DNA of 63,168 nt, filler included. It is 15 parts of 15 records of this genome, joined end to end, with 100 filler letters (N's around TTAATTAATTAA, not from the genome) between each part and the next. Parts side by side here need not be neighbours in the genome. Positions count along the whole stretch, not along the records: positions 47,546 to 53,465 come from SRR15195285_10681; positions 53,566 to 59,620 come from SRR15195285_10685; positions 59,721 to 63,168 come from SRR15195285_10695; 12 more parts are not named here. One strand, given 5' to 3'. Made by a program: the position numbers and the translations under genes. Positions 53,231-63,168 of this stretch are shown here, in pieces (positions within the stretch are counted from its first letter, which is position 1; each line of letters starts with the position of its first letter). Below the pieces are notes generated by a model, which did not search any database, was not told where the DNA came from, and saw only the letters and a program-made list of their open reading frames with translations.

Positions 53231-53565
53231 GGCGCTCCCGCCAGCCACACACGCTACCGACGCGTAGGTTGCCCGGGCAGCAGCAGCGCCATCGGGCAGG
53301 CGGCACCGTGCTCGGCCGTCTGCCAGCCCATCGCGCACGCACTCAGTCGCGCAGAAAATGCACCGGCGGCCGTCGTGGGTGCATCTGCAATTCTGCATCT
53401 GCATGTTCAAGCCTCACCGTCGACTCACATACATGTACTGTACCATGCAGCGCACCCTGGAACGANNNNNNNNNNNNNNNNNNNNNNNNNNNNNNNNNNN
53501 NNNNNNNNNTTAATTAATTAANNNNNNNNNNNNNNNNNNNNNNNNNNNNNNNNNNNNNNNNNNNN

Positions 53566-54697
53566 CCTCCTCCTCCGCCTCCTCCTCCTCCTCCTGGTGG
53601 TCAGTTCGTGCGATATCGCCGCTCACGCCTATTTTGTCTTCTGATTCTGTCTTGGTCTCGACCTGGAACCCCACGAACCCGTAGTTGGAGGTATGCTTGA
53701 CATACTCGCCAGGAAGGAACGGCTCGACAAAGTACATACGATGATTGATCCCTGGACCCTCACTGCCGCAGTCGACAGTGACGATTGTTGCCGGAAGAAC
53801 AGCAACCTTCTTGGGAGGTTGGCGCGAGTTGTACATTGTGGCGAGCTCCCGCGTCCGTTCATGCACACGCACGTCGGTGCGTAGCATCTTGGCGTGCGTC
53901 TCTGGGTCCAGTAGTGGTGGCTCCCGCAGCGACAATGTATATACCTTCGCAACCCGGGGCGTCCATTCACGCAGTCGCCCGTCAGGTCTGACTTCGCTCA
54001 CCAACATCCGAAAGCACGTCCGCATCGATCCACTGCGGAAGGACGACGTGCTCAGTCTCACGCGTACCGACGACTGGCGCCAGCGCCCAGCGATCGAGTC
54101 GAAGGTGTACTGTGTCCCCCCCTCGACTGGTGCCGCGGACACAGGGTGTGGTGGCTGTGCCCACAATGCAGCTACGCGTCGCCACGGTGACAGCTCGCCC
54201 GTTGCGCCCTCGCACGCGCTGTCAGCCACTGCACCGGCAAACTTCCCATCGAGTGCCAGCGCGACGCGAGGCTCTGGCTCCGGTTCTGGCGCAAACTCTG
54301 GCGTCGAGACAAAGCACAGTGTCAATGGCCGACCTGCTGCGACCATCATGGCGTGCGCCTGCTCGAGCTTGAGAGCGGTACAGTCAGCCCCGGCGATCAT
54401 CGCGAGAGACATTCCAGGCCTGAGCTTCCGGCCGCAGCGCCGCCCACGTACACGGCACGCCAACGAGCCCGGGACGATCTCCTCGATGTGCGGCCAGTCT
54501 AGCTCCAAGCCCAGCCTTCCTTCGCCGAACTCCACCTCGATCATGTCTTGCGGCCGCGGCGCCGGTGTCCGCGGCATCACGCCTAGCGGCCCAACTCTCG
54601 CTGCGATGCGCCGGTCCATCGAGTGTAGCCGCGCCAGCGGCGAGTCCACCTGCTGCAGGGGCGTCGCAGGTGGCACGCGTGTGTCGCTGTCGTCCAT
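53566..54697 (-). CDS. PDZ-like domain + alpha-kinase (eEF2K/MHCK family), 3'-truncated
   Basis: FGEGRLGLEL...IVPGSLA...RPLTLCF is PDZ-like. FRSGSMRTCFRM, VAKVY, YNSRQPPKKV and YFVEPFLPGEYVKHTSNYGFV are alpha-kinase motifs. Confidence 0.88.
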
Positions 54698-55023
54698 AGA
54701 TCGAGCTGCCCAGCTGCTGGGTCTCTCGCGCACCAAAGTCGCGCCCTGCGCCTGCTCGGGTCCGTCGCGTACTATATTGCCTGCATTAATTATATGTGCA
54801 CGCCACGGCGCCGGGCCGGCGCGCACGAGCGAGGCGCGCGCGGTCACGTGTACGCGTGTACCAGGTATACCTGCGCTGCATGTGTACACGTATGTATACC
54901 GCGGCGCCGTATTTATACTCTACCTCGGTATACGAATATACGCGGCGGGCGTGCGCCGCGGGCGTCGGTCGACAGTACAGAACTAAGCTTAGCTCCGTCT
55001 GTGTCACCAGTAGGCGCCTGGCG

Positions 55024-56430
55024 ATGGTGCTGGATTCGCCAGGCTCGGTGAAACGACGGCTAAGCCAACTGAGCTCGCATACGCGAGGACGTGTAGCAGC
55101 TCCAGGCACCGCAGGGACCGCAGCAACCACAGTCAGTACACTGATCCACCGACCACTCAATTTCAGTGTTCAGGGGTAATCTCAAGATTCGTTGTGCCCG
55201 CCTATATCTCTGCCAGAGGCTCCTATCATCGCTACACGCGTCGCACGACTCATGCATGTCCTTCCGCAGTTGTCTGATCAAGAAGGGCTTCGTTCTTGGT
55301 CGTAAGCAGGTACGGTTCGAGGCAGCCGAGGATGCGCCATTCCATGCCATGCGGCCGGAGCTTGCGATCCCGGCCGACCCGTTGAATCAATTTGACAGAG
55401 TGATGGTCGTCATCGCCCACCCAGACGACGAGTCGATGGCGAGCGGCACAATTGCTCGATTTACGGAGCTGGGCAAGGCGGTGCGTGTGGTGGTGTTGAC
55501 AAACGGTGATAAAGGCAGCGGTGATCTCACGATGACCAGCGAGCGGCTGGCGGAGCTGCGGGCAGACGAGATGCACGCTGCTGCCTCGGTGAACAAACGA
55601 CAATGCGTTAGATCGCTGCTTGTGCTGGTGGTGTGCTACAGCGCGAGGCACCAGCCTGAATGTATGCCGCGATTTGCGTTGATTTAACTGCGGTGCTCAG
55701 ATACTCGAAGCAGATGCAGTGCTGCTGGGAATACCAGATGGTGAGCTCGAGAACACCTACAGCGCACGTATGCGGGTGGCGGCACAAATCCGTCAATTCA
55801 AGCCGGAGCTGCTCATCACATTCAACCCCACTCTCGACCTCACCGGGTACGCCAACGGGCGAGCTCATCGAGATCACAACATCGCTGGGCAGATCGCGCT
55901 CGACTGTTTTTATCCCCTGGCCCGAGACCACCTGCAGTTCAAGGAGCTCTGGGATCCAGAGCGATACAGGCAGACCCTGCGGGACGAGGTAAGATAGTCG
56001 CGCACATACGTATTCGACGAGATTGCTGGGTCTGAACGATCGCCTGGCTGGTCAGACAGGTCGCTTTTACAGTCTTCGTATGGCTAAGCTACGGGTGAAT
56101 TTTGTTGTGTAGGCGCCAGAGCTGGCAAAACTCAGCGCTCCGTTGCCAGGATGGAAGATCCGGGAGGCATACCTTTTCGCGACTACGCGCGTCGCCGATG
56201 GTGACCAGACAGTGGGTGCTCCTCCCTGGTATGAGACGGTTGTGGTTGACACAACTGGTTTGAGTGAGCAGCAGGCACAGTCGATGGCAGAGCACAAAAC
56301 GCAGACAGGAGACAAAGGTTGGGAGGAGCTGCTGCCGCGATTCGAAAGGAGAGCGGCTGTGCTGGGTGAAGCGACAAGGCCACCACTCCCTGCTGCGGAG
56401 TGGTTCACTCGCGTGATGAATATGGAATGA
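55024..56430 (+). CDS. PIG-L/LmbE family deacetylase (bacterial MshB/BshB-like), 4 exons, ~330 aa
   Basis: VIAHPDDES, LTNGDKGS, RADEMHAAA, LGIPDGEL, IRQFKPE, HRDH. Introns 55132-55309, 55589-55700 and 55989-56112 give one frame. Confidence 0.9.
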
Positions 56431-56609
56431 AAGGTGATCGGCTAATTACTACTAGTATGCGAAGACGGTGTATATGGAGCCTCTGCGGGACCTTGATTTG
56501 AGCCCACCCGCATAGTCACCCCACTGATCCGGGCTGCACAATGCTATCATTCGGTACCTGCTCGTGTCAGTAGCCACGCGCGTCATCTTGGCTTACGGTG
56601 TTGCCGCCT

Positions 56610-59292
56610 CTAGAGATCAATGCCGAGGTCGATTCCTCCACTGCAACCACGCGAGCAGCCATGGTCAATCGTGTACAATAGTATGTGCCAAACATAATGC
56701 GCGCGACTTTCGCAAGTCGTAACAAGACGAGCAGAGCCATCGGCACGACGCCAATTCAAGCTGGGGAGGCATGATTGTGGGCACAGCTGCAGGCAACACA
56801 CCTTCAGCCCAAGTAGAACTACTCGACAATTGCAGTATTTCGGCTAGCTTATTCCTGGAAGATTCGGCTTCAATGTGAAAGACCCTCCACTCCTGCATGG
56901 TCGGCAACACCGCATCGATGGAGCTAACGTCGAGCAACTGCTCCACCTTGCGAATGGTTGCCTGCATCACACCCTCTGGTTGTAGCGCCAACTGCACGTC
57001 TGCCTTGTGCATCGTCGCACGCAATTCTACCGCAGAGATCTCGAAGTGGAGCATTTCTGTCAGATTATACAGCGTGCTCTTCATGCTGTCGATTGAAGCA
57101 CTTCCGCTAGACCCCGCCTCGGACCAGCTGCCTGCTCCGTGCTCCGCGATATGCCGGAAATTCGGCCGGCGCGATACTAGCCCACGGACTCGACGCTCAA
57201 ACTCCTGCAGCTGATGACGCTGCTGCTCGAGCACCGGAAACTCTCGCAGCTTCTGCAGCGCAGCCTCGTCCGACTCACCACCTGCCAATGCCCTCACCTA
57301 GAAACACAACACAAACAAGGCAGCGACCCGCTGAAACAGCGGCGACTGCACCTCTTGCTAGTTACAACCGGTCGTATAGTATGTGTGTGCGCGCGCGCTG
57401 AACGCCACATATGCTCATCGTCGAGTATGACATCAGCGAACATACCTCGTGGACAAACGCTTGAAGTTTGTTGCCAAACGCCAACAGGTTCGACACACGG
57501 ATGGAGAACGGAATGAGTTCCTTCGGGTGACCCAAATCGAGCTGGGCACAGACGCGGTTCAAGATGTCGGCATGCGTCAGTTGCGTGGCGTCCAGCTCCT
57601 CAGGTCTGGTTCCAGGAGCTATGGCCCCAGAATCGCCTTCAAGTCCACCATTCAGTTGCAACGCTCCGCCACTGCGGCGGCGCCGGCCACCAGCTCCAGA
57701 GTGTGCTGTCCGTCGCCCAGGAGAGATCGCTGACGGTGACCTCGACCGAGCACCTGAACAGAGAAGAACCACTGTAATCGCGCAGCGTGTGCTAGAACAG
57801 CGGCATGTATCTGAGGATGTGTCGCAAGTTCGGACCTGTTCTATATGCTCCGTCTGACGCAGCTGGCAGGACAGCCAACGGGCTGGTAATCGAGCCTGTG
57901 CGCTCGATTATGTGACCGAGCACTTCCACCGTCTTCTGCACCACTGATGCATTGTATGCCTTGTTCTCGCGATCCATACGTTGCAACATCCGCAACTGCG
58001 CTTCACTGGATGCCCCTCCCGCTGCCTCTGACAGCTTGTTACACTCCGCGCGGAGCCGGTTCACCTCAGCTTCCGCCTGACTGAGCACAGTGCTCAGGCG
58101 TTGATGCTCATGCTGCTCTGCCTGTCCACCCACACGTTTGTCGTCAGCTATGCAAAATGTGTACAATGAATATGCAAACTGCTGGAAGTAAGCTTGCAAA
58201 AACAACGTGCGCACCTCCAAGGCCTTCTGCAACTCTCCCTGTTTCCGCAAAAGCATCGCCTCTCTCTGCTCAGCCTCCTTGCGAAGCGTTTCGTGTCGCG
58301 ACTGCCACTCCTTGTCCTTTGACAACCCACGCGTCGCATGGACATCCAGAGTGCGCTGCCGCTGCTCAACCTCTACGACCAAATCTTTATATTTCTGTGC
58401 GTCCTCTTCCTTCTGCCCTTCCAGCACCTTAACCGACCGCTCCAAGCCGGCTAGCTTCGCGGCCAGCTCGTCAGCCCGCGCCGCATGTTTCGCTGCCTCC
58501 TCGTTCGCCGCGTGCAACGCTTGCTTTTTCTGTGCATATTTCTGCAACACACTGCCGTGCTTCTCAGTCACCGCGCGCTGTGTGTCATCCCACTCAGCTT
58601 GCGCTGCCGCGAACTCGGCTGCCTTATTCGCAAGCTCGGTCTGTGCAGCTTTCGTCTGCTGCTGTGCCTCTACAATTCTGGCCTCGTCCGCTCCCACCTG
58701 CTCGGAGAGGCTCTGAACCTGGTCGACCAGCGTGGTCTTTTCCTTGAGCAACTCCTGCTCAGCGCGCCGGAACGCTTCCACACGGTCGACGACGTGGCTC
58801 AGCGTCGCCTCCTGCTGCGACACGAGTGACTTCACGGTTGCAGAGCGACCACTGGGTTGCTCTGGTGTCGGCTTCGCTGCTGCGGTCCGTGGGGACTGGG
58901 CTGCCCGCGCCCGCGGAGACTGTGTCGGCGACGGCCTCGTGCTTGTGGTCGGCGATCCCGCCGGTGCCCTCGCGCTTTTCTTGAGCGAGTCGTTTTCCTG
59001 AATGAGCTTGTCAATGATCTCTGCGCACACACATCCATCACACGGCAGGCACGTACAGGGGTGTCCGCACAACGGAGGCGGGAGAAACGGCGTCGGGCCG
59101 CGCACCCTTGGATTGACGCAGCAGGCCCTCCCGTTGCGCGAGCAGGGTTGTCTTCTCGGCCAGCTCATCCTCGCGTTGGCTCAGGAGCGCCTTGAGCCGC
59201 ATGATCTCGACCGTCGGATCGTCAGAAAACGACTCCACCTTGGACAGCCCTCCCGTGGTGTTATCACCGAGCTCGTCATCACTGGACGCCAT
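56610..59292 (-). CDS. CEP70-like centrosomal coiled-coil protein, multi-exon
   Basis: Long coiled coils. The C-terminal QLLDVSSIDAVLPTMQE...LAEILQL resembles the CEP70 C-terminal helical region. Start MASSDDE; 3' end approximate. Confidence 0.6.
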
Positions 59293-59391
59293 GTCGATCG
59301 CAGACGGCGTGTCGTTCTCTGCAATGCACACAGGCGCCGCCCGGCCCCTCTTGTTATCGGAGAGCGGAGCAACCGAGCAGCGTGCGCGCGT

Positions 59392-59620
59392 ACACACAGA
59401 CAGAGACACAGAGACGGAGGCAGAGAGACGGAGGCAGAGGCAGAGAGACACATAGGGACAGAGCGACACACAGAGAGACACACAGAGAGAGACAGAGAGA
59501 CAACGCCACAGCGCCAAAGCGCCACAGCACCACAGCACCACAGCGTCACAGCGCCACAGAGAGACAGAGAGAGGCATAGTGAGACAGAGAGGCACAGAGA
59601 GACACAGAGAGACACAGAGA
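59392..59620. repeat. Compound (GA/CA)n microsatellite with CACAG repeats
   Basis: Visible low-complexity run up to the contig end. Confidence 0.9.
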
Positions 59621-60012
59621 NNNNNNNNNNNNNNNNNNNNNNNNNNNNNNNNNNNNNNNNNNNNTTAATTAATTAANNNNNNNNNNNNNNNNNNNNNNNN
59701 NNNNNNNNNNNNNNNNNNNNCCCTCAGTCTCATCGCATAGCCCATCATGCATTTGAAGACCGGATCGTTGCTCTGGCGGGGATCAGAGCCCTCCTAGAGC
59801 AGGCAGCCCTGGCGGGTCTGTGCGCCGACCGCGCGCGCGCGCGCGGCGCCGGCGCGCCGGCCGCGGACCGGACGCGACTATAATCTACACCTGCTACATG
59901 TACTCGATATATATTCGAATAGCACGCGTGCTACACCGACGTGCACGAACGTACTAGTAGAACATCGCGCGACTCGGAATCCGTCGAGCCGCCGCAAGTA
60001 GCAAAGTGTGGT

Positions 60013-61674
60013 ATGGAGGCGTCGATTCGCTGCATCACCATCACCCTTCTTTGCTGCTGCACACTGTTTGCCGCGGTGGTGCGTGGCGGGATTCCACCGC
60101 CAGCACACTCACTGGTCCCACCGCGCTGGGCGCCGACGTGGGAGCTGCAGCGCTCCACGATCGCGATGCCGTGTAACGACTCGGGCATGATGCTCGACCA
60201 GCGAGCGTTCCGCCACTGGGGCGTCCTTTCGTGGGACTGGAGCAATGGGAAGGATCTCTGGATCAATCAGAAGCCGATGGACTCTGAGAATCTGCTCGTG
60301 CGGCAGATCGAGCTCACCAAGGCTGCGAACCCGCACGGGCGACACCTGGTGTATCGCAACAGCGTCCATGCGATGCCGTGGTATAGCACAGTGCTATCGA
60401 AACTGCGCGACCCGCAGTACGCAGGTTTCTTCCTGAAGTTCGCCGCGCCACCCCTGGTGCACAACACAAGCAGTGGTTACTGGTCTCCACCCTGTGACTC
60501 TACCTACCATCCACCACGGTGCAGCAACCTGTACCACGACCAAACGCAGACTCCAACCTCTGCATCACACCCAGCTGCTAAGCCCGATGGACTCTGCGCT
60601 CCGGACAACTGCGACTGCGACGTCCCATGTGGTTTCTGTGAGTAGTAGCACTCGCCACGCCAACGTTTTTGTTGGCCAATGTGAGTTTCATACGAGTGCG
60701 TTTGCAGACCTTTTCAATCACCTCAACGGCACGATGTTCACCCGCTGGTTTCTTGACGATTACATCGGTGGATCCACGGGGCTAGGCCACCCGGACATCG
60801 ATGGGTTTTTCTTTGACGTGCGCAAACGTGCCCACCAGCCCATTTCTGGGTGCATTGTCGGCGGGACTGAGCTCCAGCATTGCTGATTTGTTGTACTCAG
60901 GACTACTGGTGCTGGGATGACGGCACGCCAGATCAGTGCGTCTTCGGTGGCCAACATAAGTTGGTTGGCCCGGCAGAGACGGAGCCACACGTGCTGACCG
61001 ACCTTGGAATGGGCATGGGTGAAGTAAAGGCGATGGCACTGGCGTGGCGAGCGAACATGGACAAGGCGTACGGCACGCTGATCAAGAACCAAGCGATGAG
61101 CTGGGACCTGTCATTTGCGAACAGCTACAACGACCCAAGAGCGGGCGCTGCAACAGTTCCACGACCGACGATCATCCTGCCCGAGCAGTGCGAGGCGGTT
61201 CTCACACGCGAGTGTGGTAGCGATGATGACGACGCAAAGGGTTCCGTTTCTGCTGCTGCTGCTGGTGTAGATATGGGCTGTTGCTGCGCTACTGCACACT
61301 GTCCGCATGCGTGTCCGGCACACTGCCCACGGATGCGTGATCAGCCACTTTTCTTTGGGCTGAATTACACGAGCAAGGCAGCGCTGAGTGATCCGGACGT
61401 CACGAGTAGATTACCACGCCTAGCATCTGATATCGCGTTGTTCCAGCTCGTCCGTGGTCCCCACGCTTGGCTTGGCCTCGGGTTCGTGTCTTGCCACAAC
61501 AACACGAACTATAGCTTACCAGATGATGCTTTCTTGAAAGACTATGGGGTGCCGCTGGAGAACTGTTCGGCGGTCCCAGGGAGGCAAGGGGTCTTCAGCA
61601 GAAGATACAGCAATGCACATGTGGAGGTCGACTGCTATAAGAGATTCACACATGACGCGCCAGCTACGCAGTAG
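60013..61674 (+). CDS. Secreted putative glycoside hydrolase-like protein, 3 exons
   Basis: Signal peptide; WELQRSTIAMPCNDSG, WDWSNGK, LVYRNS, LYHDQTQTP, IDGFFFD|DYW, RGPHAWLG, DYGVPL..C, GVFSRRY. Introns at ~60638-60707 and ~60818-60900. GH function is inferred. Confidence 0.65.
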
Positions 61675-61800
61675 ACTTGCCGTTTGCCTGGCTCACTTCG
61701 AGAGAAATCGGCGCGTCCGGGCTGCGCGCGACACTAGTAGCACGCTCGAGGAATGGCTCGTGCGCTGAAAAATCAGGAGCAGTGCTCAGGTTGGGCGGCT

Positions 61801-62051
61801 GGAAAACAATCATTTATATCGTGTTTCGACTGGAGCCATCGTCATGTTAATCAGAGGCTGAGGGTTTGCATTAGAGGGTACTGCTCTCCACAGCCTTTCC
61901 TGTAGCTCTGACATCAGCTCCACAGATCTTCTTTCCACCATACAAATTGACATAGACATAATTATTGATATGCAATGTTGGGAGACAATCAATTCTATTG
62001 TATTTCGAATAGAGCCATCGTCATGTTAATCAGAGCCTGCGTTAGAGGGTA
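61801..62051. repeat. Diverged ~75-bp direct duplication
   Basis: 61801-61880 and 61981-62051 share GAGCCATCGTCATGTTAATCAGAG and TTAGAGGGTA. Confidence 0.8.
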
Positions 62052-62060
62052 GGCAGACAG

Positions 62061-62889
62061 TCACAGTCGTGCCTTGCTGTTGTGGTCGGCAACGGGTCCC
62101 GTGAGCGTCCGCTCAGGCCACGGCTCACCAGGCTCAACTGGTTCCCACTGTGACGGTCCGGCTGTAGGATCCACTTCCTCTACGCCCTGGATGCCGGCGA
62201 GCTCCGCGTATTCTCTGCGAAGGAGCCCGTACTGACAACTGCCAGCTCGCACCACGGTCGACCCATGAAGTGGCTCGCCAGTCTGAGGGTGCAGGCGAGC
62301 ATCGGTGCTGCTGTCGCGGTCATGAGATTCGAGGACCATCCCAACCTTCTCGTATACGTGCCGCCCACGAGCATTGATATCGGCGCAGTTCAAGTAGAAC
62401 TTATGGGCACCAAGTGTGTCGAACGCAAAGTGAATAATGTGGACCATCAGCGCCACCCCAACACCACGCCCCCTGTGATCGTCGAGATCCACACAGATGC
62501 GCTGGAGGTAGATGATTCTCAGTGCATTCGTGAGGCCACGCAGCAGGCAGTACGCGCAGCGGGTCCCGTCAGGCGTCTCGACAACGAAGTAAATGCAGTC
62601 ATCATCGGCAAACTGCTCGCGGTGAGCTTCCAACGGTCTGCATAGAGAAGTGAGGCGTCCCACACGAGGTCAGCCTAGCAATTGGAGTAAAAAGTAGGAT
62701 GATCTCAGCACTGTGTGTGTGGTGTGTGGTGTCTCAGGGCACTCACTGTTGGTTGATGAGGCCGGCGTTCTCATATCGGTCCTCAACTTCCTTGAGCCAG
62801 TCAATATCAGCCTCCCAATCGGCCCGCCGGAATCGTAGGCCCGGCGGCCCGGCGGCCTCCAGCTCCGCCAGTCGGCTGCCTGTGGCCAT
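62061..62889 (-). CDS. GNAT acetyltransferase (RimJ/RimL/SpeG-like), 2 exons, ~239 aa
   Basis: IYLQRICV...HRGRGVG (acetyl-CoA motif A), AFDTLGAHKFYL, NARGRHVYEKVG, YGLLRREY. Intron 62746-62638 keeps the frame. Confidence 0.88.
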
Positions 62890-63168
62890 CCGCGCGTAGC
62901 TCCGGCGCGACCCGCCGAGGGACCGCGCGAGGGTCGTCGCGTCGAGCGCGCGCGCGCGCGCGGATAGCGCCGCGCGCCGGCGATCCACGCGCGCACGGCG
63001 GCGCCGGCCGCCGCCCTGCCGCCCCCGGGGCGCATCGGTCACCGCCGGTATGCTCGCGTCCCGGGATATACGTGACCTGGGCAGTGTAATTTCAAGTGGG
63101 AATTCAGTACTGAATCATCACACGTGTGCAATGGCATTCAGTGAATCATGTGTATTAATCACGAGTCC

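Noticed and set aside
59002-59676. ORFs rich in RETER/SLSVSL
   Set aside because: Microsatellite translations.
5082-59720. Regularly recurring TTAATTAATTAA as a biological repeat, and gene clusters spanning it
   Set aside because: It is always embedded in N-runs and is a six-frame-stop assembly linker. Genes on different contigs are not neighbours.
63081-63168. Short palindromes at the window end (ATTCAGTACTGAAT, CACACGTGTG)
   Set aside because: Truncated by the window edge and too short to assign.

Overview
This window is not one locus. It is 15 short contigs (about 3-6 kb each) joined by an artificial spacer (~44 N + TTAATTAATTAA + ~44 N), so adjacency across a spacer has no biological meaning. 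The DNA is GC-rich, gene-dense eukaryotic nuclear sequence with short GT-AG spliceosomal introns (mostly 65-180 bp). It probably comes from a heterotrophic flagellated protist SAG or MAG; that is an inference. Recognisable genes: kinesin-13, MTHFR, ISY1, a coactosin-like ADF-H protein, an SDR fusion, a GH3 glycosidase, a phosphoesterase/NPC, a hephaestin-like multicopper oxidase, Vps68/TMEM50, an alpha-kinase, a PIG-L deacetylase, a CEP70-like protein, a GNAT, and several coiled-coil or secreted hypothetical proteins. Most notable: (1) a secreted His1 LPMO-like domain with Trp at the usual Tyr/Phe position, fused to a receptor-type LRR domain; (2) one 8-exon gene (~1134 aa) joining signal peptide, SAM methyltransferase, GT69/CAP59-like glycosyltransferase, ankyrin and EGF modules; (3) a His1, Cys/His-rich, probably GPI-anchored surface protein lying tail-to-tail with a membrane-anchored ferroxidase-like gene; (4) several bacterial-type enzymes carrying introns; (5) a tRNA-like Pol III element, a Ty3/gypsy integrase relic and a recurring (CG)n signature upstream of genes. 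All family calls come from motifs recognised by eye and gene models spliced by hand; no database search was run.
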